A DNA stretch of 64,000 nt from a virus, in IMG/VR virus record IMGVR_UViG_3300036770_000877, positions 1-64,000 of that record; one strand, written 5' to 3'. A model generated the notes under the pieces. That model had not been told where the DNA came from. It saw only the letters and a program-made list of their open reading frames with translations, and did not search any database. Positions 8,605 to 18,260 of this stretch are shown piece by piece. Numbering within the stretch: the stretch's first letter is position 1; each line of letters starts with the position of its first letter. The translations under genes and the position numbers were made by a program.

Positions 8605-8621
8605 TTTATACTATTATATCA

Positions 8622-8942
8622 TTAAAACTTGTTTCCGTGAAGTGCTGGCCTTTCCATATTCTTCATAATCTTTTTATCCAAAATAAAGTCCAGAGAGTCT
8701 TTGATCTGCCCTGTATTTATCATTGCTTGATAAAGATCAACTAATCTAATAATGATATCAGCCATCTCCTCAACAACCTTTTCCCCACCTTGATCTTTTC
8801 TTATTGCTTCTAAAACTTCTGTAACTTCAGAATGAACTAGGGCAAGCTTGTTTCCAATTTTGTCATATGTAACTTCACCCTCCCAAAATCCTTTATTCTT
8901 CGCTATCAGATGTACTCGTCTCGCCATCAGGTCTAGACTCAT
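8622..8942 (-). CDS. MazG-like nucleotide pyrophosphohydrolase
   Basis: KLALVHSEVTEVLEAIRK...EEMADIIIR (ExxE...ExxD). Confidence 0.87.
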   Translation of the reverse strand: MSLDLMARRVHLIAKNKGFWEGEVTYDKIGNKLALVHSEVTEVLEAIRKDQGGEKVVEEMADIIIRLVDLYQAMINTGQIKDSLDFILDKKIMKNMERPALHGNKF

Positions 8943-9129
8943 TTTGATCTCCTTCTACTAATGAAATAATAAATGTTTTTTCTTCTTCATTTACTTCTAT
9001 GAATAAGCTTTTCTTATCTAACTCAGGCGACATATAATCCTCTATCTTAACAGAGACATTACCATTGCTTTGAATTGATGCAAGTAGCAGTCTTACTAGA
9101 TTGATTTCCAATCCCTCTTCTTGTGTCAT
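8893..9129 (-). CDS. Hypothetical protein
   Basis: ATGA-coupled to the dnaE stop. Confidence 0.6.
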   Translation of the reverse strand: MTQEEGLEINLVRLLLASIQSNGNVSVKIEDYMSPELDKKSLFIEVNEEEKTFIISLVEGDQNESRPDGETSTSDSEE

Positions 9130-12100
9130 TTTATATCCTTAACTACGATGGTTCCATCGTCTGTATTTGTAAAGGTTAGTTCAACCTTTAGCCCTGGCTT
9201 CATTTTTCCCAGAGCTCTTGCATACCCATGAGGGAACACAATAGATCTAATTAATTTCTTATTGGCATCAGTTACAATAGTATGTGCCATCATTTTTCCA
9301 GCCTTAGTCTTATAATTAGTAAAATCAATTACATAATAGTTATCATCCTTTAAATCAAACTTAGTTGAGTACAAGTAATTGACAAATGGGTCCGACCTGT
9401 CTTCTTTTACAACCTTTTCAATCTCAACAAATCTATGTATTCGATTATCCCCTACAAGAAAGAAATACATCTGTCCTGTTTCAATCTTAGTGGTTTCGCT
9501 ATCAAATACTCCGACTGATGCTGTCTCATCAACAATTTCTACACGAGACCATCCAGTTCCACGCTTAATAGACTTTACCATAGCCATAAATACAAATGTT
9601 CCTAGCTCAGAGAAGTCATCTAGGACACTTACTTGAGATTTAATATGTGGAGTAATACCGCTAATATCAAACTTAGGTATATTTAGATACTCATATAGAC
9701 TATCTTTCTCCCGCCCAGTTCTAGGGTTATCGTCAAATGCTGCGCCACCAATTGCATTAAGGGCGTCTATAGCACGGCTATTGATACCGCTATTTTTTGC
9801 ACCAGACTTTGATTTGAGATCAGCGTAGTTCTTGTACGGTCTATTGGCTATAATTTTTTTGCCAATATTTTCCGAAATATATTTTACATTTGCTAATCCA
9901 AACCTAATTGCATCCCCCTGTATACTAAAGTCTAAGTCAGACTCATTTACATGTGGAAGCAAAATTTTAATACCCAAACGCTTAGCTTCAATCAGGTAAT
10001 CAGTACGAGCATCTTTGTCGCCCTCGTTCTTTAGCATGGCGAACATAAACTCAGTCGGATAGTAAAGTTTTAACCAAGCAGTCCAATATGAAAGCAGAGA
10101 ATAAGCAACAGCGTGGGAACGGTTAAAAGAGTAACCAGCATGAGCTTCGAAAGAATGCCATAAGCCTTCTGCCGCCTCTTTTGATATATGTCGGCTTGCA
10201 CCAGCAACAAACTTCTCACGGAACTGATCAAACTCCTTCGCATCTTTCTTCTTACCAATAATCTTGCGTACCTTATCAGCCTCTGCCCATGACATGCCAC
10301 CAAGGTGTACGCAAGCCTGCATAACTTGCTCTTGATAAATAATAACACCGTATGTGTTCTGTGTAAACTCTTTCATGATTGGGTGGATATATGACACATC
10401 CTCATGCAGGTTTTTACGATTAATATAATTTGCACCTACTGTATTCATCGCTCCTGGACGAACAAGGGCGTTGGATGCTGCCAAATCTTCGAACTCGCTG
10501 ACACCCATTTTTATAAGTAGGTTTGTATAAGGTGTTGCTTCAGCCTGAAACACACCTTTAGTAAATCCTTGAGAAAGCATGTTATATACTTTCTTGTCAT
10601 CTAATTCTAATTCAGAAAGAACAATGCTTTTGCCATGTCTCTTTTGAACCATTTGTAATGTATCTGAAATAACAGAAAGTGTTTTTAGCCCAAGTACGTC
10701 GAGCTTAATTAGACCAATATCAGCAACTGTATCCATGTCGTATGCAACAACTGGAACACGTCCGCTAACCTTATCGCTAGGATCTGTACGAGTTTCAATG
10801 GGTGCATAGTTATTTAATTCTTTCTTTGCAACAACTACACCCGCAGCATGCATTCCAACTGAGCGAATACGGCCACGAAGTTCACGAGCAAGCTTAAGCA
10901 CCTCTGGATACTTCTGTCTAAACCACTTTGTATTATCTGATTCTTCAAAGTCTTCGAATGTATCTACAACCTTAAGAGCTTTATTTACTTCTCCTAATGG
11001 AACCATGAATACACGAGCAGCATCACGAACAACACCCTTATCTTTAAAGTATGTGAAAGTTGAGATAGATGCTACGTTTTTAAACTTCTTGCGTATGTAA
11101 TCTTTTACTTCTCCACGACGACGGTCTTCAAAGTCTGTGTCAATATCTGGAAAGTCATTACGCTCTTCATTAATAAATCGGAAGAACAGTAGGTCATACT
11201 TAATAGGATCAACCTCAGTAATTCCTAGCAAGTAACATACTAGGGATCCTGCAGCCGAACCACGACCTGGACCAACCTTAATGTTTTGAGACTTAGCCCA
11301 GTTAATCATGTCTGAGATAACTAAGAAGTACGGGGAGAAGTCTTTCTTACTAATAACTTCTAACTCTTCTTCTAGTCTTAGCTCATAAATATCATTACCC
11401 AACCAGCTAGAAGTTAGCTTCATATCTTCTAATGCCTTCCAGCAGATATCTCTAACTGTCTTGTCTGGGTCTTCCTTTGGGCGTGGAAGAATATTCAAAT
11501 CTTGTAAAAATTCATACTCTTGTATAGAGTTGGCAATTTCCATTGTATTGTCATAAATGTCTGTGCGTGTTATACCTTGTGCATGCATCTGCACTTCAAT
11601 TTCTTCTCTAGACATTACGTATACGTCTAGTTCCTCAAAACTAATCTTACGATCTGGGTATAGATAGTTATATCGCTCAAAGATGTTATCTATCTGACGA
11701 GACTTTTCGAAGTCCGCCTCTTTGTTAGCCTTTGGAGATGTAGAAAGAATAAGCATTGCTTCTTCCAACGCTCTCTCTTCTTTGGTTGAGAAGTGGCAGT
11801 CACCAGTAACAATAGGCTTAATACCAACTTCGTCTGCCAACTCTAATAGGAACTTATTAAGTTCAACTGGATTGTGTGGCTGAATCTCCATGTAAAAGTT
11901 ATCGCCAAATGTAGTCTTAAACCATTTGGCAAGCATCTTGGCTTCGTTAATCTCTCCACGCTCATGCGCTTTAGAGATAAGTCCATTCATACATCCAGAA
12001 AGAATAATGAGTCCTTCTTTGTACTCCGCCAAAATCTCACGGTCAATGCGTGGCTTGTGATAGTAGCCTTCTGTCCACGCTATCTCAGAAAGCTTATTTA

Positions 12101-12416
12101 AATTCTTTAGGCCTTGCTTGTTTTGGGCAAGTAGTATGATGTGGTTGAAAATTGATGTGTTGTCGTCACGCTTACTAGTATCTCGCTTATCGAATCTATC
12201 GGTTGCCGAGATATAAGCTTCAATACCTAGTATTGGCTTGATCCCCGTTTCCATTGCAGCTTTCTGCATATCTCTGTGACCAGATAATGTTCCATGATCT
12301 GTGATTGCAATTGCTGTTTGACCTAGATTTTTTGCAGCATTCATTAACTCTAATGGTGTATTTAAACCATCCATTACGGAATACTGTGAGTGCACATGCA
12401 AATGTGTGAAATTCAA
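9126..12416 (-). CDS. dnaE: DNA polymerase III alpha subunit (family C)
   Basis: PHP HLHVHSQYS/ITDHG/HIILLA/DCH, GPGRGSAAGS, FPDIDTDF, KLDVLGL, YSFNRSHAVAY. Confidence 0.97.
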   Translation of the reverse strand: MNFTHLHVHSQYSVMDGLNTPLELMNAAKNLGQTAIAITDHGTLSGHRDMQKAAMETGIKPILGIEAYISATDRFDKRDTSKRDDNTSIFNHIILLAQNKQGLKNLNKLSEIAWTEGYYHKPRIDREILAEYKEGLIILSGCMNGLISKAHERGEINEAKMLAKWFKTTFGDNFYMEIQPHNPVELNKFLLELADEVGIKPIVTGDCHFSTKEERALEEAMLILSTSPKANKEADFEKSRQIDNIFERYNYLYPDRKISFEELDVYVMSREEIEVQMHAQGITRTDIYDNTMEIANSIQEYEFLQDLNILPRPKEDPDKTVRDICWKALEDMKLTSSWLGNDIYELRLEEELEVISKKDFSPYFLVISDMINWAKSQNIKVGPGRGSAAGSLVCYLLGITEVDPIKYDLLFFRFINEERNDFPDIDTDFEDRRRGEVKDYIRKKFKNVASISTFTYFKDKGVVRDAARVFMVPLGEVNKALKVVDTFEDFEESDNTKWFRQKYPEVLKLARELRGRIRSVGMHAAGVVVAKKELNNYAPIETRTDPSDKVSGRVPVVAYDMDTVADIGLIKLDVLGLKTLSVISDTLQMVQKRHGKSIVLSELELDDKKVYNMLSQGFTKGVFQAEATPYTNLLIKMGVSEFEDLAASNALVRPGAMNTVGANYINRKNLHEDVSYIHPIMKEFTQNTYGVIIYQEQVMQACVHLGGMSWAEADKVRKIIGKKKDAKEFDQFREKFVAGASRHISKEAAEGLWHSFEAHAGYSFNRSHAVAYSLLSYWTAWLKLYYPTEFMFAMLKNEGDKDARTDYLIEAKRLGIKILLPHVNESDLDFSIQGDAIRFGLANVKYISENIGKKIIANRPYKNYADLKSKSGAKNSGINSRAIDALNAIGGAAFDDNPRTGREKDSLYEYLNIPKFDISGITPHIKSQVSVLDDFSELGTFVFMAMVKSIKRGTGWSRVEIVDETASVGVFDSETTKIETGQMYFFLVGDNRIHRFVEIEKVVKEDRSDPFVNYLYSTKFDLKDDNYYVIDFTNYKTKAGKMMAHTIVTDANKKLIRSIVFPHGYARALGKMKPGLKVELTFTNTDDGTIVVKDIK

Positions 12417-12435
12417 AATCTAACCTTTCTACTTG

Positions 12436-12461
12436 GAAAGGTGGGGGGCGAACCCCCCACC
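12436..12461 (-). terminator. Hairpin GGTGGGGGG-TTCG-CCCCCCACC followed by TTTC between ssb and dnaE
   Basis: Perfect 9-bp GC stem, UUCG loop, short U run (partial terminator or mRNA stabiliser). Confidence 0.7.
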
Positions 12462-12466
12462 AACTA

Positions 12467-13138
12467 CTACCACTCTACGTTGCTTGATGAACCTTCAGAT
12501 GACTCTGATGACTCTTCTGTTTCGCCAAACATATAGAACTTCTCTTGCTCTTCAACAGAGAGTTCCTTAACCGCTACCTTTTCCAATTCATAAAGTTCAT
12601 ACTTTGATGCATCGAACTTCTCCTTATCTTGGCCAAGGGAGATTGCGACATATTCTGTAGAAGTACCTGTACCGCTACGCTTTAGACGCCATGTTAGGTT
12701 TGAGATGCTGCCCATTTCGCCAGCATACTCGATGAGTGTTGGGGTAATTGACTTACCACTTGTTCCTTGTGAAAGAATTGCGACATAAGGATCTTCCTTA
12801 CCGTCGTCAACTAAAACATTGATGTATAGACGTGAGCGAGCTTTCCAGCCTGCCTTATAGTCTTTACGATGTTGGTCACAACCAAAGCAACGACCCTGAT
12901 CATCTGATGTGCATAGGGCTTTTGATTTATAATTCTTTGGATTTGTGTGTTCGGCTGCGATAAAACCTAGTCCAGCCTTTTCGTTATAATCTGGTGAATC
13001 TGGATCCAACTCTTGCAGGAATCGAATCTTTACGCTTTCGCCGTCTGCTAGCTTTACCCAACGAGCTTTTGAACCCTCTGAGTCGCTTGGCTTATCAAGT
13101 ACGGCATTGATGCTTTTTAGTCCTTTGACAATTGCCAT
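12467..13138 (-). CDS. gp32-like single-stranded DNA-binding protein
   Basis: KLADGESVKIRFL, His/Cys Zn-like set (HTNP...C...CFGC), acidic C-terminal tail; lies between primase and polymerase. Confidence 0.8.
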   Translation of the reverse strand: MAIVKGLKSINAVLDKPSDSEGSKARWVKLADGESVKIRFLQELDPDSPDYNEKAGLGFIAAEHTNPKNYKSKALCTSDDQGRCFGCDQHRKDYKAGWKARSRLYINVLVDDGKEDPYVAILSQGTSGKSITPTLIEYAGEMGSISNLTWRLKRSGTGTSTEYVAISLGQDKEKFDASKYELYELEKVAVKELSVEEQEKFYMFGETEESSESSEGSSSNVEW

Positions 13139-13204
13139 TTTTATATGTTTCCTTTTCTGATATTTGAGTCTATAAATGACTCTGTATTTCTATTATACAC
13201 CATC

Positions 13205-14230
13205 TTAGTAGATTTCCCAAGAGGCATATTCATAATTTGGTACTGCTTTTTCAATGCATTGTTTTATTTCTGCATCCGTCATGTCACCAATATCTTTAGC
13301 TCCATGTGGATACACAACTTGATAATCATAACTAGCCCATAATATATCTTTATTCTTAAGTCTATTAGCGATTGAATTGCCTAGGTCCCGCCCAGGATTC
13401 TTTCCATTATGAGTAGCCTTATCATCAAAATCTGTAGCAATAATGATCTTAGTAAAGTATTTATTTAATAATTCATAATTTGTAGGGCTCAAGTGCCCAC
13501 CTAGTGTAGCTACAACGTTTGGGTATCCAGCCTGATGAATACGCATAGCATCAAATGACGCTTCCGTAATAATAACAGTTGAAGATAAACGCTTAGCTCT
13601 ATGAACGTTAAACAAAGTCTTGGTCTTTGGCAATCCAGTAGAGTTCTTAAACTTTTTTTCTTTTACTCCACGACCAACAATACCTATTGCCATTCCGTCT
13701 GGAGAATGAACTGGAACTGTAACCATATCCATATTCTTTGAGTAACCAACCTGAAAGTATGTAATTGTATCGTCATTGAATCCACGAGAGTGCATGTATT
13801 CACGGCCCTCTTGTAATTCATTCATTTCTTTCCAAAGTTTGTCCAAGATGAGCGGATCAAATTGGACAAACTCTGGTTTCTCTTCTAGTACTTCGATGAT
13901 CTGTTCATCGAAATCTTGTAATGAGTCTGTTACACATTTAGATATAAGCCGAAGAGATTCAAACTCATTTCTTTTAGTAACAGTTTTAACTAGCTCAACT
14001 AATGAGCCGCTAGAACCACATGATGGGTTAAAACATAAGAATAATCCAGTAGTCTTAGATACTGAAAGGCTTGGTGTATTTTTATTACCGTGAATTGGGC
14101 ATAGGCATAGAAAATCGTTACCTGTCTCAGAAACTAGCGAGACAGAGACTGCCTTGAGGACTTTTTTAATTTGCCGTTCGGTATACTGCGTTGAAGCATC
14201 TTTCCGTTGGAGCAACCCTCTATTTGCCAT
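13205..14230 (-). CDS. DNA primase (CHC2 zinc finger + TOPRIM)
   Basis: CPIH..TPS..FLCFNPSC; ITEASFDA...VVATLG...IIATDFD...KDIGD. Confidence 0.9.
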   Translation of the reverse strand: MANRGLLQRKDASTQYTERQIKKVLKAVSVSLVSETGNDFLCLCPIHGNKNTPSLSVSKTTGLFLCFNPSCGSSGSLVELVKTVTKRNEFESLRLISKCVTDSLQDFDEQIIEVLEEKPEFVQFDPLILDKLWKEMNELQEGREYMHSRGFNDDTITYFQVGYSKNMDMVTVPVHSPDGMAIGIVGRGVKEKKFKNSTGLPKTKTLFNVHRAKRLSSTVIITEASFDAMRIHQAGYPNVVATLGGHLSPTNYELLNKYFTKIIIATDFDDKATHNGKNPGRDLGNSIANRLKNKDILWASYDYQVVYPHGAKDIGDMTDAEIKQCIEKAVPNYEYASWEIY

Positions 14231-14463
14231 GCTTTAGCCTTTCCTACATAAACACCGTGCATTGTGAGCACAAATGACCATATGTTCTCGTCGTTATTAT
14301 ATGATACCGAAAAAGCTGGGTCTATGTCAAGGACTTGTACATAGCCGTCTCCACGCATGGACTGTATGAGCATTTTCTCATATTGATATCTGAGACGGAT
14401 CATGTCCGAATCATCTCTAAATATTCCATCAATCTGGAATCTCTTTATTCTTTTGTGGGTCAA
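14134..14463 (-). CDS. Hypothetical protein between helicase and primase
   Basis: ORF track; TTG start. Confidence 0.65.
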   Translation of the reverse strand: MTHKRIKRFQIDGIFRDDSDMIRLRYQYEKMLIQSMRGDGYVQVLDIDPAFSVSYNNDENIWSFVLTMHGVYVGKAKAWQIEGCSNGKMLQRSIPNGKLKKSSRQSLSR

Positions 14464-14476
14464 ACTGTATGCCTAT

Positions 14477-15691
14477 CTACTCGTACAGTTCTTTAATTAT
14501 ACCCCTATCGATATCCCAGTCCAAAAAGAAGCTAAAGTCTCTGCCGTGACGGTTCTTTCTTGAAACCACCTCAATCATGTTAGTGTCTGGGTGGCGGTGA
14601 ACAGCCATAGCTATATCAGCATCATATTCAATTGCTTTTGACCACGCAACTTGGCTCATCATAGGAGGAGCATCGTGATCGGAAATATCATCCGCTGTTG
14701 CTGCAGTAATGTCAATTACAGGGATGTTATTGGTTACCGCAAGTAGTTTAAACTCACGGGAAATGTTTCGGTTACGCTCAACTTCAGAGTTAGAACGCTT
14801 GTTATCATTGAACAACTGATGATAGTCCAGAATAACCAAGTCTGGTCTATGTTGGTCAATCTTACCTTGAACCGTGGCTGGAGTAACCTCATTGGTGCCT
14901 TCGTTCGATACTAATATAAACCCACGTTTATCTTTAAATGATTTATCCGCCCAAGAACTGAAGTCGTCTAGATTTATATCACCCTTCTGCAGTTGACTTG
15001 CTCTGAATAAACCAGATCCTAGCATCGTATAAATACGGTCACGCATATTCTCTGGAGACATCTCCAAAGATATAATCATTGGCTTAAAGCCTTGTTCCCA
15101 AGCCTTACAAGCCAGATATGAGGTCATCCATGTTTTACCACGGCCTGGCCAACCAATAACGACCATAAGGTGCCCAGGAGCCATTCCAGTAGGGTATGCA
15201 GCATCTATTGCCTTAAACCCTGTAGGAATACCTGGAGAGCCACCCATGGCCAATGAGCGGTCTCTAACAGATAGATAGTGGTCTGTTGCTGCTTGAATAT
15301 CTGTAATATCCAAGTCTCTTACGTTATTGGTAAACTTACTTAATCCTGCTAACTGCATTTGCATTTGCTGCAGAACTCTTGCTGGAGCATTTTCCTTAAG
15401 AGAGCTTCCAGAGTTTAATAAAATAGTCTTAATCTTATTGCCAAGAAACTCGGACTTCATCTGCTCTAGATAAAATCCAGTTTCAGCAGATGTATCTACA
15501 GGATCAAAGTCTCTAAACTTATCCTGTAGAACACCTACATCAGGTACCGACCTAAACTTATAATAATAAGATTTTAACCCTTCCCAAACATCTTTATGGG
15601 ACTGAAAAACTTCATCTACGTTATCTGCAAGGAGAACACTAATGTCCTTGTTTTTGCATACTGCACTAATTACTGACGCTTCGGTGTTCAT
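14477..15691 (-). CDS. dnaB: DnaB-like replicative helicase
   Basis: GWPGRGKT, ISLEM, ILDYHQL, IEYDAD, KNRHG. Confidence 0.93.
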   Translation of the reverse strand: MNTEASVISAVCKNKDISVLLADNVDEVFQSHKDVWEGLKSYYYKFRSVPDVGVLQDKFRDFDPVDTSAETGFYLEQMKSEFLGNKIKTILLNSGSSLKENAPARVLQQMQMQLAGLSKFTNNVRDLDITDIQAATDHYLSVRDRSLAMGGSPGIPTGFKAIDAAYPTGMAPGHLMVVIGWPGRGKTWMTSYLACKAWEQGFKPMIISLEMSPENMRDRIYTMLGSGLFRASQLQKGDINLDDFSSWADKSFKDKRGFILVSNEGTNEVTPATVQGKIDQHRPDLVILDYHQLFNDNKRSNSEVERNRNISREFKLLAVTNNIPVIDITAATADDISDHDAPPMMSQVAWSKAIEYDADIAMAVHRHPDTNMIEVVSRKNRHGRDFSFFLDWDIDRGIIKELYE

Positions 15692-16019
15692 CCTTCTCCA
15701 TTTCTTGAACCATATCTCTGGTTAACTCTCTGAGCTTTTTGCGGTGCTCATCGTCTTCCGCCCTCTGCTCCATAATTTTGTTCATTACGTCAAAGTTATT
15801 AAAGAACCACATTATGGGGTGCCCATTCTTACTTGTCTTAAAATAATATTCAAGGAGCTCTTTGGCCCTGCTAAACCCTACAGAATCAATAACATCCTGC
15901 ATTCCCCACTTTTCTCTGTATCGATTGACAATAGGCCTTTTACCATACTTGTCCATATAAAGAGTCTCATATAATGAGATTAATGTGTATGAAAGCTTAG
16001 GATCAGTTTTTGCTGCCAT
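15666..16019 (-). CDS. Hypothetical protein (possible helicase loader/replication factor)
   Basis: ORF overlapping dnaB start; function suggested by position only. Confidence 0.6.
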   Translation of the reverse strand: MAAKTDPKLSYTLISLYETLYMDKYGKRPIVNRYREKWGMQDVIDSVGFSRAKELLEYYFKTSKNGHPIMWFFNNFDVMNKIMEQRAEDDEHRKKLRELTRDMVQEMEKDEHRSVSN

Positions 16020-16215
16020 TTAGTTCCTCAGCTATTTCAGAAGACTTCTCTGTTAATTTATCTTCTACAAACTTATATACACGATCTGTTGCTTCATTAA
16101 CAGACTCGCCTTTTCTGACATAATCTTGTATTCCAATATCTACACGAAGACTCTCAAAGTTGCCGAGGTTCTTAGTAAAACCCAATGTGACTGTAACCTT
16201 AGTGTCTTCAGTCAT
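16003..16215 (-). CDS. Hypothetical protein
   Basis: MTEDTKVTVTLGFTKNLGNFESLRVDIG; ATG16215 preceded by GGAG. Confidence 0.7.
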   Translation of the reverse strand: MTEDTKVTVTLGFTKNLGNFESLRVDIGIQDYVRKGESVNEATDRVYKFVEDKLTEKSSEIAEELNGSKN

Positions 16216-16489
16216 TATCTTCTCCTTCTTGTTGAACTGCAAATCCAAGTGTAGCACGTTTCTTAGGTGGTTGTCCAGAGTCCATCATGTCTCCTAATTC
16301 CATCCAGCCTTTAGCTACAGTAAGCATTCCTTCAATATTTCTTGAGTTAACAGCAACCTCCCCAGCTTCTTCTAAATAAATTGCTGCTCTAGAAAAAGCA
16401 AGATCGGTGTTTAGTCTGACGTCCATCATCTCTTCTTGCTCTACTGGCTGCTTCTTTTTTCTTTTAGGTGCGGCTTTTTTAGTTGTCAT
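16208..16489 (-). CDS. Hypothetical protein
   Basis: ORF track; basic N-terminus. Confidence 0.6.
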   Translation of the reverse strand: MTTKKAAPKRKKKQPVEQEEMMDVRLNTDLAFSRAAIYLEEAGEVAVNSRNIEGMLTVAKGWMELGDMMDSGQPPKKRATLGFAVQQEGEDND

Positions 16490-16492
16490 TTG

Positions 16493-17008
16493 TTACCACT
16501 CTGGTTGCTTCCATACTGGTATATAATCTCCATCTTCAGTTTGTTGATAAAGAATAGTTTCATTTTTGATCTTAGCCCTCAGCTCTTGTTTTGTAGGAAC
16601 ATCTTTAGAAGTAATTAGACCATCTTTTCTAGGCCTACCACGATGAAGTGTAGAAAGAAAATCTCTTACATCCATAACATCATCTTCTGATAAAAAGTAT
16701 TTCACAGGTTTACGCTTTTCGTCAAGAGTATAGGACATCTGTGGTCTTTTAACATGACCCTCTTCAATATACTCTAAAATACGATTACGATGTCTATTTA
16801 ATAAATCAGCAGTTTCATTAATGGTGTATGCATGCTGAAGACTTTTCTTAGCATCACTCCACGAATATCCCACACGCTTACTTTGGTTATAATTCCAAGC
16901 AGTCATCATATCTGATGATCTGTTAACATGAAGCTTCTTGTGAAGCTCCCCGTTTAGGAAAAAGTACCGTAAGCCTGTGCTCTTTCTGCTTCTTTTCTCA
17001 GTAGCCAT
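16493..17008 (-). CDS. HTH DNA-binding protein with AT-hook
   Basis: YTINETADLLNRHRNRILEYI (excisionase/MerR-like HTH) and HRGRPRK AT-hook. Confidence 0.72.
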   Translation of the reverse strand: MATEKRSRKSTGLRYFFLNGELHKKLHVNRSSDMMTAWNYNQSKRVGYSWSDAKKSLQHAYTINETADLLNRHRNRILEYIEEGHVKRPQMSYTLDEKRKPVKYFLSEDDVMDVRDFLSTLHRGRPRKDGLITSKDVPTKQELRAKIKNETILYQQTEDGDYIPVWKQPEW

Positions 17009-17145
17009 AAAGCGAACTTACTCCCTTGTTTGTGAAAAACCCAACGCTTAGCGCACATCAAACAATATAACTCTAGGTGGTCATATTGAGAGAATACTCT
17101 ATCAATAAAAACTCTTCCGCCCTTACATCGTTTGCATGTCATCAC
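16954..17145 (-). CDS. Small zinc-ribbon protein
   Basis: CKRCKGGRVFIDR...YCLMCAKRW. Confidence 0.7.
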   Translation of the reverse strand: MMTCKRCKGGRVFIDRVFSQYDHLELYCLMCAKRWVFHKQGSKFALWLLRKEAERAQAYGTFS

Positions 17146-17942
17146 AGCTTAAATACCTTACCATCTACTACACAAGAGTAGTCTGGTGCCACATGAATCA
17201 TTTGAACATGTGGGTAATCATTTACGATATGTGCTATCGCAAAACCCTTTTGCCAATCATGGTGCTGTGTATATTTCATACCTGGCCCCTTTTCATCGCA
17301 CATATGTCCGATTTCGTAGCCACGTAATGTTTCTCCATCTCCATTATTTCTTAACTCATAAGTAACTAAATGAGATGCAATTCTGTGTGAATGTCCACGG
17401 ATCAATGAGACCTGTAGATCTTCCATATCTTTTCTTACCGAACCTGTAGATGCAATTGAAATTCCATGGTGAACATGTATATCCCCAAAGCGTCGCTTAG
17501 GTAACTCATTATAATAAATGTATTCATATCCCAAAGAATCTAAGGACCATAACGATTCTGGCGTTACATCCTTTGCATAGTCTGGAAGCTTTTTGTCTAT
17601 GTAATCAAAAATTCTAATATCGTGATTTCCAAGTGCTGAAAATAACTGTGCTTCTGGAAGCATCTCACGAGTCCGTGCATAAAAATCTCTTGCACCCTTG
17701 GCCTCATGTCGCATCATTGGAACAATTAGATCTGCGCTATCTGTCTTATGTAAATTTAAAAACTCTGCTGATCGGCCTTCTGTATATTTACTGTAGCATG
17801 CTTGATCATCTGTATCTCCAAGATAGTCAACTACGTCTGGCTTAAACCATTTCATGACCTTGAACCAAAGCTCAATCATTTTGTCATCTTGGTATGGGAA
17901 CTGCTGGTCGGATGAAAGCATCCACTTTAAATCATTGCTCAT
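17142..17942 (-). CDS. Calcineurin-like metallophosphoesterase
   Basis: SSDQQ (degenerate DxH), LGDTDD, GNHD, HVHHG, GHSHR. Confidence 0.85.
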   Translation of the reverse strand: MSNDLKWMLSSDQQFPYQDDKMIELWFKVMKWFKPDVVDYLGDTDDQACYSKYTEGRSAEFLNLHKTDSADLIVPMMRHEAKGARDFYARTREMLPEAQLFSALGNHDIRIFDYIDKKLPDYAKDVTPESLWSLDSLGYEYIYYNELPKRRFGDIHVHHGISIASTGSVRKDMEDLQVSLIRGHSHRIASHLVTYELRNNGDGETLRGYEIGHMCDEKGPGMKYTQHHDWQKGFAIAHIVNDYPHVQMIHVAPDYSCVVDGKVFKL

Positions 17943-17969
17943 TAAAAGCCTTTCTCGCTCTTATATACT

Positions 17970-17999
17970 ATTCTACTAGTGCCCTGAGTATTCTGTCAA
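17970..17999 (-). promoter_or_regulatory. Sigma70-type promoter heading the replication operon: TTGACA-N18-TAGAAT
   Basis: -35 at 17999-17994, -10 at 17975-17970. Confidence 0.7.
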
Positions 18000-18259
18000 G
18001 CACTTTTATGGGCATATCTATGTTCTTTTTCAGTACATGGAAAAAGATTGTTTAAACTATTATTCTCTGTATCTTCATCTATATGATGAATTGTTTCCCA
18101 ATCATTTAATACTCTTCCTAAGCTTTTCTCTACTACAAGGCGGTGTTCATAGTACCACCCGCCATCAAATGACTTAGGATGCTCTGGGACCCAGATCACA
18201 ATGTATTTATTTAGTTTTTTAGTTTTACGTTTAGCCCAATTAGAAATTGGTCTATACAT
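17996..18259 (-). CDS. Free-standing HNH endonuclease (HNH_3-like)
   Basis: PEHP...YYEHRLVVEKSLGRVL...TIHHIDEDTENNSLNNL...EH. Confidence 0.85.
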   Translation of the reverse strand: MYRPISNWAKRKTKKLNKYIVIWVPEHPKSFDGGWYYEHRLVVEKSLGRVLNDWETIHHIDEDTENNSLNNLFPCTEKEHRYAHKSA

Positions 18260-18260
18260 A

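Noticed and set aside
13139-13200. gp32-style autoregulatory leader of ssb (GAGTC-N7-GACTC hairpin, A-rich leader)
   Set aside because: A 5-bp stem is within chance expectation and no pseudoknot is evident
7449-15691. Inteins or introns in recA, dnaE, dnaB (also checked terminase)
   Set aside because: Lengths are normal, motifs are contiguous, and no intein splice-junction or LAGLIDADG motifs were seen
17996-18259. HNH gene as part of a group I intron or mobile element
   Set aside because: It lies between intact genes with no interrupted host gene or room for an intron core
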